A stretch of DNA of 64,000 nt from Centroscyllium fabricii (GCA_051313645.2 JBNRSN020000012.1:68696001-68760000), one strand, 5' to 3'; shown: positions 1 to 12,908, numbered from the stretch's first letter. Numbers and translations: made by a program. Notes: generated by a model from the letters alone, not told the origin.

Positions 1-1379
1 GCCCCACCATTAACGCCGCCCAAATGGCGGTCGATTACGCCCAGCTGGCCGCTGACCAGCTGGCCGACCCTGACCTACTCAACGCAGCAACCAATCTCCC
101 CGGCCTCCACTTGGCCAATATCGCACACGGCCCCGCTGCCACCGTCGTCTGCTGCGAGTCTCGTTACCGCAACCCAGGCCCGTCGTGCCCCACGCTTGGA
201 GGCAACATATCTTTAGGACCCTCCATGACCTGTCCCAACCCGGCGCCCGTGCGTCCATTAAGCTAATACCGGCCCGTTTCGTATGGCGCGGCCTGCGCAA
301 AGACGTCCGCGCCTGGGCCAGCTCCTGCATAGCCTGCCAGCGCTCCAAAGTGCATAAGCACATCAGGGCACCGCTGGAAAATTTTTAAGTACCGGCCAGG
401 CGTTTTGACCACATCCACATAGATCTCATCGGGCCACTACCGCCATCCCGGGGCCACACGCACCTAATGACCATGGTCGACCGCAACACTCGCTGGCCAG
501 AAGCAGTCCCCCTCACCGCCACCGGCACCACGGACGTGGCCAGGGCGTTCATCGCTACCTGGGTCGCCCGATTTGGCGTGCCCACAGACATCACCTCCGA
601 CAGAGGACCCCAGTTTACGTCGGCATTATGGGCGGCCATTGCCCGCGACCTCGGGGTAATGCTACACCGAACCACCGCATACCACCCACAGGCGAATGGC
701 CTATGCGAACGGTTCCACCGCTCGATGAAGGCATCACTACGGGCCACGCTAAAGGACGCATCGTGGACCGACCGCCTTCCATGGGTCCTCCTCGGGCTAC
801 GCTCGGCAGTCAAAGAAGACCTCAACGCCTCGGCAGCGGAGCTCGTCTACGGCCAAACTTTAACAGTGCCGGGCGAGTTCCTGGCTGAGCCCAACGCTCC
901 CTGGTCAGCCGACCAGTATTTAAAAGATTTTGCTAACCCGGCACGAACTTTCCAGCCACTACCAGTGGCCCGGCACGGAGAGCCGGTAGCTCGGGTGCCG
1001 GACAACATTAAAAATGCCAAATTTGTGTTCGTCCGGCGCGACGGACACCGATCTCCACTACAGCCACCTTACAATGGCCCCTACAGAGTGCTTCGGGCGG
1101 GAGCGAAAGCTTTCGAATTACAAATGGGTAACAGGACTGACACTGTAACAATAGACCGGCTCAAGCCGGCACATGTGATAACGGGCGAGACCACGGTCCC
1201 CGCACAACCACCACAACGCGGTCGCCCTCCCGCAACAAAATTGCGGGAGGGCGACCGCCCACACTCCACCGCAGAACCAGAGACTACTAGCAACACGGTC
1301 CGGCCGCATCATCCGGCCACCCCAACGGCACACATAGACACTGTCACTATGCCTCCCGGACAGATTCTGGGGGGAGCTG
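1..1379 (+). mobile_element. Ty3/Gypsy LTR retrotransposon, 3' part of pol (integrase), disrupted
   Basis: Zn-finger-like segment (LHDLSQPG...CIACQRSK), rve core (FDHIHIDLIGP, TSDRGPQF, TTAYHPQANGLCERFHR) and a GPY motif. Apparent frameshift near 175 and in-frame TAA at 386-388. Polypurine tract GGGGGGAG at ~1369-1376 just before the LTR. Confidence 0.93.
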
Positions 1380-1616
1380 TGTGGCGGTACGCCCACGGGG
1401 ACATCGAATCCGCCACGGAGACTCCGCGGAGCAAAGCCCCGCTCATCCGGGTGACGCGACGACGTCATCACGTCGGCCTACGCGATGACGTCACCAACCG
1501 TTTAAATATGCCTGTCTCGAGTGGTTCGCTCTCTTTCTTGTTTTGTACTAGTGATTAAAGCTGTGTTTTTCTCTAGCTCTGGCTCACGTGTGGTTCCTAG
1601 GCCTGCCGGCGCTACA
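1380..1616 (+). mobile_element. 3' LTR of the Gypsy element (~237 bp)
   Basis: Follows the PPT; TGTGGCG...CGCTACA termini; TTTAAAT and ATTAAA signals; a homologous inverted copy at 63612-63857 defines the ends. Confidence 0.88.
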
Positions 1617-1987
1617 ACACCTTCAAACCAAACCTGTGTCTTATTCTTTTGAGCTGCAAAAAGGCACCAATCAATAATTAGTCTAGGGTTAGAAATGCAG
1701 GCATGGAGCAGTCATGCACAACATGACTAATTATAGCAACCTTGAAGGAGATCTGGATCACTTTACTTTCACATTGATGCTAAGGTATCATACTGGGCGC
1801 TGACTTGAGTTTAGCCAGCCTTGTGTGATGTGTAATATCATATTGCTTAGGTTCCACCCTGGTCCAAATTGAGCCCTGCAATTGCGGCACAGTGGCACGG
1901 CGGCACAGTGGTTAGCACTGTTGCCTCACAGCGTTAGGGGCCCGGGTTCAAATCCGGCCTCAGGTGACTGTGTGGAGTTTGCACATT

Positions 1988-2665
1988 ACATAAGAACATC
2001 AGAAATAGGAGCAGGAGTAGGCCAATCGGCCCCTCGAGCCTGCTCCGCCATTTAACAAGATCATGGCTGATCTGATCCTCACCTCAATTTTATTTTTACT
2101 CTCCATCCCGCCCAAACCCATGTGATCACCCGGGAGAGGCAAAAAAACAGATAAAAAACCCAGTGGCCAATTTGGGAGAAAAAATCTGGGAAATTCCTCT
2201 CCGACCCATCTAGGCGATCGAAAACTGGTCCAGGAGATCACATGGCCGATCTGGACCTAGCCTCACCTCCACTTACCTGCCCGCTCACCATAACCCCTAA
2301 TTCCCTTTACTTCCAGGAAACTGTCTATCTCTGTTTTAAATGTATTCAATGTAATAGCTTCCACAACTCTCTGGGGCAGCAAATTCCACAGCCCCACCAC
2401 CCTCTGAGTGAAGATGTTTCTCCTCATCTCAGTTTTGAAATGGCAGCCCCTTATTTTAAGATTATGCCCCCTAGTCCTAGTTTCACCCACCATTGGGAAC
2501 ATCCTCACCACATCCACCCTATCAAGCCCTCTCAATCTTATATGGTTCAGTAAGATCGCCTCTCATTCTTCTGAACTCCAATGAGTAGAGGCCCAATCTA
2601 CTCAGCCTCTCGTCATATGTTAGCCCCCTCATCCCCGGAATTAACCTAGTGAACCTTCTTTGCAC
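1988..2665 (-). mobile_element. CR1-type LINE 3' end inserted into the SINE
   Basis: ORF 2263-2535 matches the CR1 RT C-terminus (TRGHNLKI, FTQRVVGLWNLLP); flanked by a 10-bp TSD TTTGCACATT (1978-1987 and 2666-2675). Confidence 0.88.
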
Positions 2666-2806
2666 TTTGCACATTCTCCCCGTGTCTGCGTGGGTTTCTT
2701 CCGGGTGCTCCGGTTTCCTCCCACAGTCCAGATGTGCGGGTTAGGTTGATTGGCCATGATAAATTTACCCTTAGTGTTAGGGGGGATTAAATATGTGGGG
2801 GTTACG

Positions 2807-3390
2807 TGTCATAGGTTGGCTCTTCCTCTTTAACTGGCAACTACCTTATTAGCTCTGCTTGGCAACCACCTCGTTAGCTCTACTGCTCGCACCTGATTGA
2901 ACAGCCCAGAGTCACCAGTGACAATCAGGAGCTGTATTTAAACCCCTGTTTTCTACCCAGTGGTTGCCAGATCGTTTTGTGCTTTCTGACTGAGGTACCT
3001 GTGTTTGTTCTTAGCTCTCTTATCCTGCCTGTTCGAGATACTGACCTGCTTTCTGGATCGTGGACTCTCTTCTGCCTGACCCCATTTGGATTTGTCGCTT
3101 TCGTGGACTGACTACCCAGTATTGATCTGTTTTTGGAATTTGGATTCTCTTCTGCCTGACCCCGTTTGGATTTGTCACTTTCGTGGACTGACTACCCGGT
3201 ATTGATCTGTTTTTGGTATTTGGATTCTCTTCTGCCTGACCTCTGTTTTGGACTTGTTGCCTCTGTGAACTTTCTGCCTATATATCGACCCACTGTTACC
3301 AGTGTCTTCTACTGCTCAGAAATAAAGTAGTTTACTTCTACATATGCTGTTTCGGTGTATTGCATTTGGGCCCAATCTACACCCATTACA
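2807..3390 (+). mobile_element. Solo LTR (584 bp) with internal ~80-bp tandem repeats
   Basis: TG...CA ends; 5-bp TSD TTACG (2802-2806 and 3391-3395); TATTTAAA ~2935; AATAAA ~3320; repeated unit TGGA(C/T)TCTCTTCTGCCTGACCCC at ~3061, ~3141 and ~3221. Confidence 0.85.
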
Positions 3391-3909
3391 TTACGGGGAT
3401 AGGATTGGATATGTGCAGGCTCGACGGGCGGAAATGGCCACTATCTGCACTGTAGGGCATCTATGATTCTAATTGCTAAGGCTGATCATGCTGGCAACTC
3501 CCTCACCCCCAGGCCAGCAGAACAGTGTCTGGGTCTTGATCCCCAGGTGGTGTGATGGTTGTTGAATTCCCAACCCATATTGAATTGGCTATAGAATTAG
3601 TAAAAGCTAATTTGGGATATGTGTCAGTTTATAAACATTAGCAATTGTAACTGACTCTCGTCGTGGTGGTGTATTGATGCAGAAGAGTTCAAATCCAAGG
3701 AACAGTTGTTCCAGAGTTAATGTTTCACAAACATTACCAACTTATATTGCTAACTTAAATGCAGAAATGTGATATTTTGATGCTTTATGATTATCTGCAA
3801 CATTTGTTGAGTGTCCCCACCCTCAGGTGGCCAGTGCCTGACATCTCCATAGTTGCTGTGTTTCCAGCTTTTACTGCTTTAGTTTCCTCCTCGTGTCGAA
3901 CAAAAGCGA

Positions 3910-4415
3910 GTGCTCAAATGTAAGAAGTCACACACCAGATTATAGTCCAACAGTTTTATTTGAAATCACAAGCTTTCGGAGCGCTGCTCCTTTGTCAGGT
4001 GAAGTGAAGAGATGCACAGCATATACAGTCAGAAAACAATGCTCGCTGATTACAGGTAATTTTTCTAACTGCCCTTTATCACACCTCGGCAGAGAGATAA
4101 TCACAGCAATCAAAGGTGTGAATGGTGTCCAAACAGGTCAGTCAGGAAAACATTCCATCAAAGAACAATGAGGTGGGGGCACAAGGGGTCAAATGTTGCA
4201 GATGCTGGGGTCTGTACAAAAAACTAAATAGAAACCATAAATAAAATGATTTTTTTTTGCTGGAAATCACAGCAGGTCCTGCCGCATCTATGTAGAGAGA
4301 ACAAGCCAACGACGACGCGAGTCTGGATTACTCTACTTCAAGTTGGGTTACATGTCGCGTTACATGAAGCCAAGATCCCAGTTGAGGCCGTCCTCATGAC
4401 TGCGGTTGAAGCAGA
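3910..4415 (-). mobile_element. Penelope-like element 3' fragment with a mutated hammerhead motif
   Basis: Matches the 3' UTR of the Penelope copies at 16411/20228. The reverse complement of 3967-4001 reads CACCTGACAAAGGAGCAGCGCTCCGAAAGCTTGTG. A GIY-YIG C-terminal remnant (HEDGLNWDLGFM) lies near 4365-4400. Confidence 0.8.
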
Positions 4416-4508
4416 AACGCCAGTTGATGGGCAGAGATTTAAATTAAATTCTAGAAGCAGGAAACGTTGCTGACGACCCGCCTCGGGAATCGAGCGCGGC
4501 GGGGCGGA

Positions 4509-4820
4509 GGTTAGTGCGTCATCGGATCGGCAGCTGGGCGAGCAAATCAGAGTGCGAGTTGGTGCAGGGGGCGGGGCTCTGGCGCTGCGGCCAATCGGCG
4601 CGGAGCGGGTGGGGTTAGTGCGTCATCCGATCGGCAGCTGGGCGAGCAAATCAGAGTGCGCGTTGGTGCAGGGGGCGGGGCTCTGGCGCTGCGGCCAATC
4701 GGCGCGGAGCGGGAGCGGTTAGTGCGTCATCGGATCGGCAGCTGGGCGAGCAAATCAGAGTGCGAGTTGGTGCAGGGGGCGGGGCTCTGGCGCTGCGGCC
4801 AATCGGCGCGGAGCGGGAGG
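4509..4820 (+). repeat. 104-bp tandem repeat x3 within the promoter
   Basis: TTAGTGCGTCATC recurs at 4511, 4615 and 4719; units are nearly identical. Confidence 0.95.
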
Positions 4821-4829
4821 CGCCCAGCT

Positions 4830-4870
4830 CGCCTCTGAGTGAGGGACTAAGGCAAAGGGCCTGGGCGCAG
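4830..4870 (+). other. COPS7B: Probable non-coding exon 1 of COPS7B (start uncertain)
   Basis: Donor GCAG|GTAAGT at 4871 downstream of the promoter motifs; the first coding exon has an acceptor 17 nt upstream of its ATG, which implies an upstream exon. Confidence 0.6.
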
Positions 4871-5459
4871 GTAAGTTAGTGGGGGGTGGAAAAAATGCTG
4901 CTTCACAACCGGCTGACTGGAGACAGGAATTCCAGGCTTTCCGCTCAGTCCACTGCCAGAACCCCCGGGTTCCCAAGTCACCGGCACCCGAAAGAGTTGT
5001 CAGAATATAGGTCTGGGCCTAGAGCAGCAAGCGTCAAACACGCTGTGCTTTTTTTGTTCCTGGCGGCTTTACGGGAATCGGACCCCTCTCCCCTCGCAGT
5101 CAAGTGAAATGTCTCGGGACATCTCCTCTGGTCTGTTCTTCGCCTGCTTGCTCGAGCGGGAAGCATGAGGAGGCGGGGGAAACCTGCTTGAGGTTTGAAC
5201 ATGTGGCAATCTACAGAGCTATTTTAGAACAAATGTGCAAACGAGTAAAGTACAATACATTCCAGAACTCATGCACCCTCTTCTGTCACTAGAGGCAGCA
5301 AGTGCCCCTGCTTCCACTTGAGCGGCCAACTTTGGGACTTTCCTGAAGTCGCAGTCATTTCTTGATGTACGGGTATCCTTACCTATATGAATAATAGTCA
5401 ACATGTATTTCTAAAAGAAAAATCATGCTTAACCAATTGAAGAAACAACAAAGAGTAGA

Positions 5460-6545
5460 CCAGGGCAGTGGTGTATGCATGTACTGTCAGGAGATCTTCA
5501 ATAGGGTGCCACGTAGAGTCGGCAATGGTCAGGGAATGTGTGATCAGGTAGCAAAATGTAGAATATTGGTTTAACCACACTGTGCAGTTTATGGTCTCCA
5601 TACTACCAAGGGGATATTGAAGCTCTGGGGAAAGTACACATAACATTTACAAGAATGTTACCAGAATTGAGCAGATGCAACTTTCAGAAGTGATTCAGAA
5701 GACTGGAGCTCTTTTCTCTAAAAAGGAGACTAAGACGAGACCTGATAGAGATCTTTAAAATTATGAAGTGGTTCGATAAGGTGGATGTGGAGAAACTATT
5801 TCCACTAGTTGGTGAGTCCCGAACAAGGAGGCATAAATATAAGATAGCCACTAACAGATCAAATCAAGAATTTGAGAGGAAATTCTTTACACAGGGAATG
5901 GTGAAAATGTGGAGTGGTTGAAGCAGACACCATTGATGCATTTAATGGCAGGCATTATGCATGCATAAGGGAGAAGGGAATAGAGGGATCAAGGTGGGAA
6001 ATAATTAAAGAAAGAAGGAACCTGCAATTATGTAGTGCGTGTCATGACTTTGGGATGTCCCAAAGTGCTTTTCAGCCTATTAAGTACTTTTGAAGTGTTG
6101 TCACTGATGTAATGTCGGGAGTGAGAGGAGACTCCTTAGAGCAGAGACGGTTAGGAGGAGATTTGATTTATGTGTTCAAAATGATGAACGGTTTTGACAG
6201 AGTAAATAAGGAGAAACTGTTTCCGGTGGCGGAAGGATTGGTAACCAGAGGGGACAGATTTAAGGAGATTGGCAAAAGCACCAGAGATGACATGAGGAAA
6301 GGTTTTTTACACAGTCGGTTGTTGTGATCTGTCATGCACTGCCTGAAAGGGTGGTGGAAGCAAACTCAATACAGGGTAGTAATTTTCAAAGGGAATTGGA
6401 TAAATACTTGAAGGGAAAAAAATTGCTGAGCTATGGCGAAAGAGCAGGAGGGTGGGGCTAGTTGGATAGCTCTACCAAAGAGCTGGCACAGGCATGATGG
6501 GCTGAAAGGCCTCCTGTGCTGTATCATACAATGATTCTATAAACA
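5460..6545 (+). mobile_element. Degraded CR1 LINE 3' fragments with a short Deu-SINE tail piece (~6015-6115)
   Basis: Remnants such as LEQRRLGGDLIYVFKMMNGFDRV; CR1-type 3' tail ending in ATTCTAT. Confidence 0.75.
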
Positions 6546-6869
6546 CTGCCATAGCTCAATTGGACCGAATGGTCTAGTTCTGTACTGTAGATTCTATGTT
6601 TGTAATATTCTGAAATGTCCTGCATTCTGAACCAGACCAGCTTTCTATGATTAAAGCTAATCATTATAGTACTTCACTTGCTCAGTGAGTAAATGCAGTA
6701 GGTTGTGTGGCATTGAGGCATCCAGACTAGAAACAACAACTTGCATTTGGTGCCTCTCGCAAAGGAATGCTGAACAATAAGGAGAAAAAGGACGCAGAGC
6801 AAAAAAGACAAATTAATGGAAAAAGAGGAATTGGCCAACAGAGGCGCAGCGGGTACATGCAATTGGAGG

Positions 6870-8093
6870 AAATTGCTCGGAGGTAGTGGGTGATGGTCGA
6901 AGGTTGTTTTTGTGACTGGGAAGCCTGTGTCCAGTGGGGTACCGCAGGGATCGGTGCTGGGTCCTTTGCTGTTTGTAGTCTACGTTAATGATTTACATAT
7001 GAATGTAAAAGCTATTATCAGTAAGTTTGCAGATGACATGAAAATTGGTGGGGTGTTAAATAGTGAGGAGGGAAGCCTCAGTCTGCAGAATGATGTAGAT
7101 GGGTTGGTCAGATGGGCAGAACAGTGGCAAATGGAATTTAACCCTGTAAAGTGTGAGGTGATGCATTTTGGGAGGACTAACAAGGCAAGCGAATACACAA
7201 TGAACGGTAAGACCCCAGGGAAACATAGAAACATAGAAACTAGGAGCAGGAGTAGGCCATTCGGCCCTTCGAGCCTGCTCTGCCATTCATTGAGATCATG
7301 GCTGATCATCCAAACCCAGTATCCCGCCCCTGCCCTCTCCCCATATCCCTCGATCCCTATCGAGCCTGCATCAACACATATCCCAAGAAGACAGAGGATC
7401 CTTGCTGTGCTTGTACATGGACCCCTGAAGGCAACAGGACAGGTAGATAAGGTGGTTATAAAGGCATATGGGATACTTGCCTTCATTAGCCGAGGCATAG
7501 AATATAAGAGCAGGGAGGTTATGATGGAGCTGTACAAAATGCTAGTAAGGCCACAGCCGGAATACTGTGTGCAGTTCTGGTCGCCACACTACAGGAAGGA
7601 TGTGATTGCTTTGGAGAGGGTGCAGAGGAGATTCACCAGGATTTTACCTGGGCTGGAGCATTTCAGCTATGAAGAGAGACTGGACAGGCTAGGGTTGTTT
7701 TCCTTGGAGCAGAGAAGGCTGAGGGGGGACCTGATTGAGGTGTACAAAATTATGAGGGGCATAGATAGAAAGGAACTTTTTCCCTTAGTAGAGGGATCAA
7801 TAACAGGGGGCATAGTTTCAAGGTAAGGGGCGAGAGGTTTAGAGGGGATTTGAGGAAGATATTTTTCATCCAGAGGGTGGTTGGAATCTGGAACTCACTT
7901 CCTGAAAGGGTGGTAGAGGCAGGAACCCTCACAACATTCAAGAAGCATTTAGAGGAGCACTTGAAATGCCATAGCATACAAGGCTACGGACCAAGTGCTG
8001 GAAAATGGGATTATAATAGACAGGGCTTGATGGCCGGCGCGGACATGATGGGCCGAATGGCCTCTTTCTGTGCTGTATAACTCTGTGACTCTA
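6870..8093 (+). mobile_element. CR1 LINE RT 3' half, with a SINE 3' piece inserted at ~7221-7382 (- strand)
   Basis: ORF 6912-7826: SGVPQGSVLGP, KFADD, YCVQFWSP, LEQRRLRGDLIEVYK; frameshifted continuation 7850-8080. Confidence 0.92.
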
Positions 8094-8099
8094 GTGGTT

Positions 8100-9070
8100 T
8101 GAAGACCAGGACCATGAACATTATATTTTGGTGGATAGGAAGCCAGTAAATTTTGGTGAGAATGGGTATATTTGGAGCTAATTTAGTATGCATAAGTATA
8201 CTGGTTACAGAGTATTTGATTGATTGGAGTTTGAGAACATTGAAAGAAGAGAGCATTCAAGCAGTTGATCAGTGACTTGATGCAAGCATGGATTAGGGTT
8301 TTGTTGGTGAAGGGCGAGAGGTAGTAGCATAATCTGGCAATGCCTGGAAAAAAAGATTTAGTCTTACTGACGAGAGGTTTAACAGTTTGCTCAGGATTGA
8401 TTCAGACGTTGAGGTTGTAAACCACCTGATCTAGCCCGGAGATTATTGGAAGCAGTGCCAGAGGCATGTTGGAACCGACAACTGAAAGGATGGTTTTAGA
8501 TTTACCAACATTGAGCAAGAGGAAATTTCAACTTTTTCAGATCTAATTTGAGATAATCAGCAGCCGATTGTGCCATGGCAGCTGTTGAGTTAATGGAGGT
8601 GGAGAAGTAGAGCTAATGAAAGCTAATCTTTAGTTTGCAGAGGATGTTGCTAAGGGACAGCATGTCGATTTGAAAATAGGAGAAAACTGAGGATGGAACC
8701 TTGGGCATGGGAGAAGAAACCATTAGTGAAGAAGTGGCTACATTGCGTGAGATCGGAATGGAACCAGGAGCACAGTGCCATAACAATGAACTGGTGGAAA
8801 GAGCCAAAACCTGAACAGAGTTGACCGTAGTAGAGTGGTCGAGGAGGGACAACAAGCCCTGGTTATAGTTAATGCAAGATGTAACTGCATGTCGACTTTG
8901 ACCATGGTGGTAAATGGCAGGTCAGAAGGTGAATTGGAGGGATTCAAACTGGGAGGATGGGTGTGGAGTTGGGTGATAACAAGTTCAAGGACCTTGGCAG
9001 CAAAAGGCAGGATGGAGATAGAGTGCTGGGTCAAAATAGTTTTGGTGAAGGGCAGGGTTAATTATGGTGG
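8100..9070 (-). mobile_element. Highly degraded L2-like LINE fragment
   Basis: Weak RT remnants on the minus strand (ISILPFAAKVLE; PILTKIYWLPIHQNIMF). Confidence 0.55.
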
Positions 9071-10004
9071 TCTTGAAAAGAGCATTTCTCTTTGGGCTCT
9101 CTGCTGCCTTCAAGTCTGTCAATTCTTCCCCGCCATAGTTCATCTTCATAGCATGGATGTGGCTGAGCAGATGGCCTTATGTTTTGTATATGAGGTCCTC
9201 AGATATGATTTCGGGGTGAGGATAAACATGCGGAGGAGGTGGGTTGTGTGCAGAAATGAAGTTTGTGTTCTTGTTTTCCAGAATGGAATAATAGGAATAT
9301 TCCAGATTCAGTCTCTATTCTGTGGCGTTAGTTAATCACAGTCAGGATACTGGTGGGACACAATTATTCTTTGTGACCTTGAGTGATGGAGGGGAAAAAT
9401 CAGATGCTAATTGGCCTCCTGATTGTCTTTAAAACTATAGGAGATAGAACATAGAACATACAGCACTGTACAGGCCCTTGGGCCCTCAATGTAGTGCCGC
9501 GCTTAGTCTGTCTCTGATTTTGGGGAATATTAGGGAACAATGAAGGAAACTGACAAAGTTGATCCAGGAAAATTGCTTGTTCTGCGGAAAGAATCCAAAT
9601 ATGAGAGGACACAAGTTAACAGTTAGAAGAAATAAAGTCAGTTGGAACTTTTTCACCTACAGATTTTTGGATGTGAAATTATTTACCAGGCAAAGTAATT
9701 GAAGTGGACAGTATAAATGGGTTCAAGGAGCAAATGTTTTTGTGAAGACTGGAGATTGAGGAATATGGTGAGACGGTGGAGTTGATAAAAGAAAGATCTC
9801 TATTGATATAGCTGGACGTCCCAAGGTGCTTTACAATCAATTAAGTACTTTTGAAATGCAGTTAATGTATCAAAAAGGGATGGGATTATTGGGTCTTGTG
9901 TGCTTTTTTTGCTGCTTTACAAAAGTTTTTTTTGCACAGCGCACTGGATGCAAAAAGCTGGTGGACGTTGTATTATTTCGGGAAATATAAAACATCAGAG
10001 AACA

Positions 10005-10363
10005 GGACACGATAGGGTAGATAAAGGGGCATTGTTTCCCCTGGTGGGAGAGTCAAGTACTAGGGGACATAGATTCAAGATTAGGGGGGGGAGGTTTAGG
10101 GGGGAGGTAAGGAGAAATTTCTTTACCCAGAGGGTGGTGGAAGTCTGGAACTCCCTGCCTGTAAGGGTGGTGGAAGCAGAAACCATCACAACATTTAAAA
10201 AATATTTGGACCAGCACATGAAGGACCATAACATACAGGGTTATGGGCCAGGTGCGGGCAATTGGGGTTAGTATAGTGAGGAGTTTCCTGGGCCGGTGCG
10301 GACTGGATGGGCCGAATGGCCCTTATCCGCACTCTAAAATTTCTATGATTCTATGATTCTATG
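10005..10363 (+). mobile_element. CR1 LINE 3' end
   Basis: TRGHRFKI...FFTQRVVEVWNSLP followed by an (ATTCTATG)n tail. Confidence 0.88.
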
Positions 10364-11769
10364 AACAGGAAAACTACATTGGTAACATTAGCACACAGTG
10401 TTACAGTATTTTTTTATATACATAGCTGTAAATATTTTGTCTAATGAACCAGTTTGCATGGCTATATAAATATGTATTAGTGATAGAAAAGTCAAGGGAG
10501 TATAGGAGAAATAACGCAGTTTGAAATAACTTGACAGGCAAATTTGTATGCAAGTTTTCTGAGGGCAGGTTCAAAGTTTCTATCCTTGGGATTTATTAAA
10601 ACAAGATTTAGCAAATTCTGGATTGCCACTAAAGGTGGATTTGGTTTGCATGATTGATGCAAAGGACCAATTTAATTAATATATACCATTTTGCATTATA
10701 ATTTGTGTCATTCATTACTTTGACCTTTCAATATTGATAGGGGTATTATCCAAACTGAACCCCTTTTGTTAAAACGTCATAGAAGCAAAAGAGTGATTAG
10801 TTCTGTATAACTGGCCACAGTTTTGGGACGATGAGGAAGCTGGTGAGGAAAGCATAATAACGAGTTCCTTGAATAAATATTTTTTCATTGTTATATTAAA
10901 AATCCACAAAAAAGTGAGATTGGTTATCCCTGCTTATAAACTGCAAGGATCGTATTTTATTTCCCAAACAAACACATGTAGGAGACTGATCTCCCAACAA
11001 ATAAATCAGCCAACTCAGAGGAGCAACTGTACAACAACTGATCTTTATAGTTCAAACTCCAAAAACATTCTAAACTGAAAAAGCCTGCGGAATGCGCGAT
11101 GATGTCACACTTGGCCACAATGGGTCTGTTTTCCCTCTCTCTTAAAGGGGAGGGGAAACCTGTAAGTTAAAGGGGATTTTACATGCAATTATTATGTACA
11201 GCCATTTATTCCCCAATGTGGAAATGCCACACAAATACAAATACATAAGGCTAAAGACTCTGAACTCTGCTCATTGCTTCACTCCCTTGCTATTCATCTC
11301 CACAAAAACAAATTATCTGGTCATTTATATAATTACTGTTTATGAGACCTGAAATGTGGGTCTACGATTGGAGAGGAAATTTTGATTTATAAAAAAAAAT
11401 CATCCAGGAGCATTTTTATAAATATATTTTGCATATCAACAATGCTCTCTCTTCCCTTTTCCCCCCTCCACCCCCCAAACTTTTCATCCCCATTAAGTAA
11501 ATTGGATTTTTCCCCTATTAGTATTTTTAGTTCCACTGGCAGAAGGTTCTAAAGTTGTGTTCAACCCATATTGGAATGACACCAAGTCAGTCAGAAAAAC
11601 GCCTCGATATGTCTTTCACTAGATTTGAGATCATTGCCCATTGGAGTCACGAGCGATACAATTAGGGACACCATTTGGCTCATCTTACCTCCTAGATCCA
11701 GAAAGATCCAGAATAAAGAAAAACTTGCATTCCCTCACCATGTCCTCCAAAAAAACAGTCTCTTGAATG

Positions 11770-12490
11770 AGGTTAATGATCTTGCCTCCATCTGTCTACC
11801 AGAAAGACCATTCCAGGCTGAAGATGTGCATCCTGATATCTGTCTAAAATTTCCCTTTCGCCCATTTTAATCTGTGCCTCATTGTTCTGGATCTTGGAGT
11901 AGTGTTCCCGGTTAATTGTATTTATGCTGTTTTAGTACCTTGTATACTTCAAGGCGAATAGTTTCTCCAATCTTTCCTTATAACTGAATCCTTGCGGTTA
12001 TTCACTCCACTGCTTCCTTGACTTGTATGTTTTCCTTTTGTCTTAGCAACACAAACTGAACGCTGCATTCAAGGTGGAATCTGACCATAGCACTGTACAG
12101 TTCTGGCATGACATCTTCTAACTTCGAGTCAAGTGGCCCAGCAATATAGTTAAGCATTCTGTTTGCTTTGTTTATTGCTGCTCCACTTTTAACTGCAAAG
12201 TCTACTGAGTCCCAGATTCCTTTCCACGTCACTGGTAGTTATTTCTGCACCATCCACAGTATACTCGTCACATCCATACTTTCTACCAATGTGTGCTACC
12301 TTACACTGGCTTGTTTTGAATTTGCCCATTTGTGGATTTTATCGAACTACTTTTATAAGTCCCTGGCTGCTTCCTCCTACCTACCTCCTTGGTTTACGAT
12401 CCTTGACTAGTTTACATTGGATTTCAAAATCCAAGCCATTATTGTAGATTGGAAACAGTAGGGGCCCCAGCAGTGATCCCTGGGCACTCT
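11770..12490 (-). mobile_element. Degraded CR1 LINE fragment
   Basis: ORF 12002-12232 (KANRMLNYI, LYSAMVRFHLECSVQF) resembles CR1 RT. Confidence 0.65.
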
Positions 12491-12908
12491 TTTCAGTGCC
12501 TCCACCCACCCTGATATCACTCCCTCAACAAGTACTGGGTGCTTTATTTCCTTCAGTCACTTCCTTATTCACGTCATTTGGTTTTCCAGTGGTTCTCTTG
12601 GGATGTCACTTGTTCAGAAAAGTCAAGGAGATTAGTCAAGCAACATATTTCCCTTCTAAAACTAGGTTGGGTATTATTACTGGATTATTTCTTGTACAAT
12701 CGACTGATGTTTTCCATTTAATTGGCGAAGTGTGAGTTTTTCATTATTGCAAACAAAAACAGGACAGAGCCAGGCAGCCCAGAGAAGCTCCATAGATAGC
12801 TTACACTGCTTCAGTTTGCTTTCTTTACACAAAATATCCTTTCGTTTGGCACCAGTGCAACTTAAAAATACTGACTTTCTTTATTTTACAGTGAACCACC
12901 TTTGTGCA

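Larger units (their letters stand above)
1884..3471 (+). mobile_element. tRNA-derived HE1-like V-SINE interrupted by a CR1 fragment and a solo LTR
   Basis: A box (GGCACAGTGG), B box (GGTTCAAATCC) and V-domain core TGTGTGGAGTTTGCACATTCTCCCCGTGTCTGCGTGGGTTT. The pieces rejoin to match the intact copy at 42482. Confidence 0.85.
4470..5180 (+). promoter_or_regulatory. CpG-island-like promoter of COPS7B
   Basis: GC/CpG-rich stretch with three GGGGCGGGG GC boxes, three CCAAT boxes and three TGCGTCA CRE-like motifs, followed by a strong splice donor CAG|GTAAGT at 4870/4871. Confidence 0.78.

Noticed and set aside
467-1558. Functional stand-alone integrase gene
   Set aside because: It is the tail of a pol gene with an upstream stop and frameshift; its C-terminus simply reads through the LTR.
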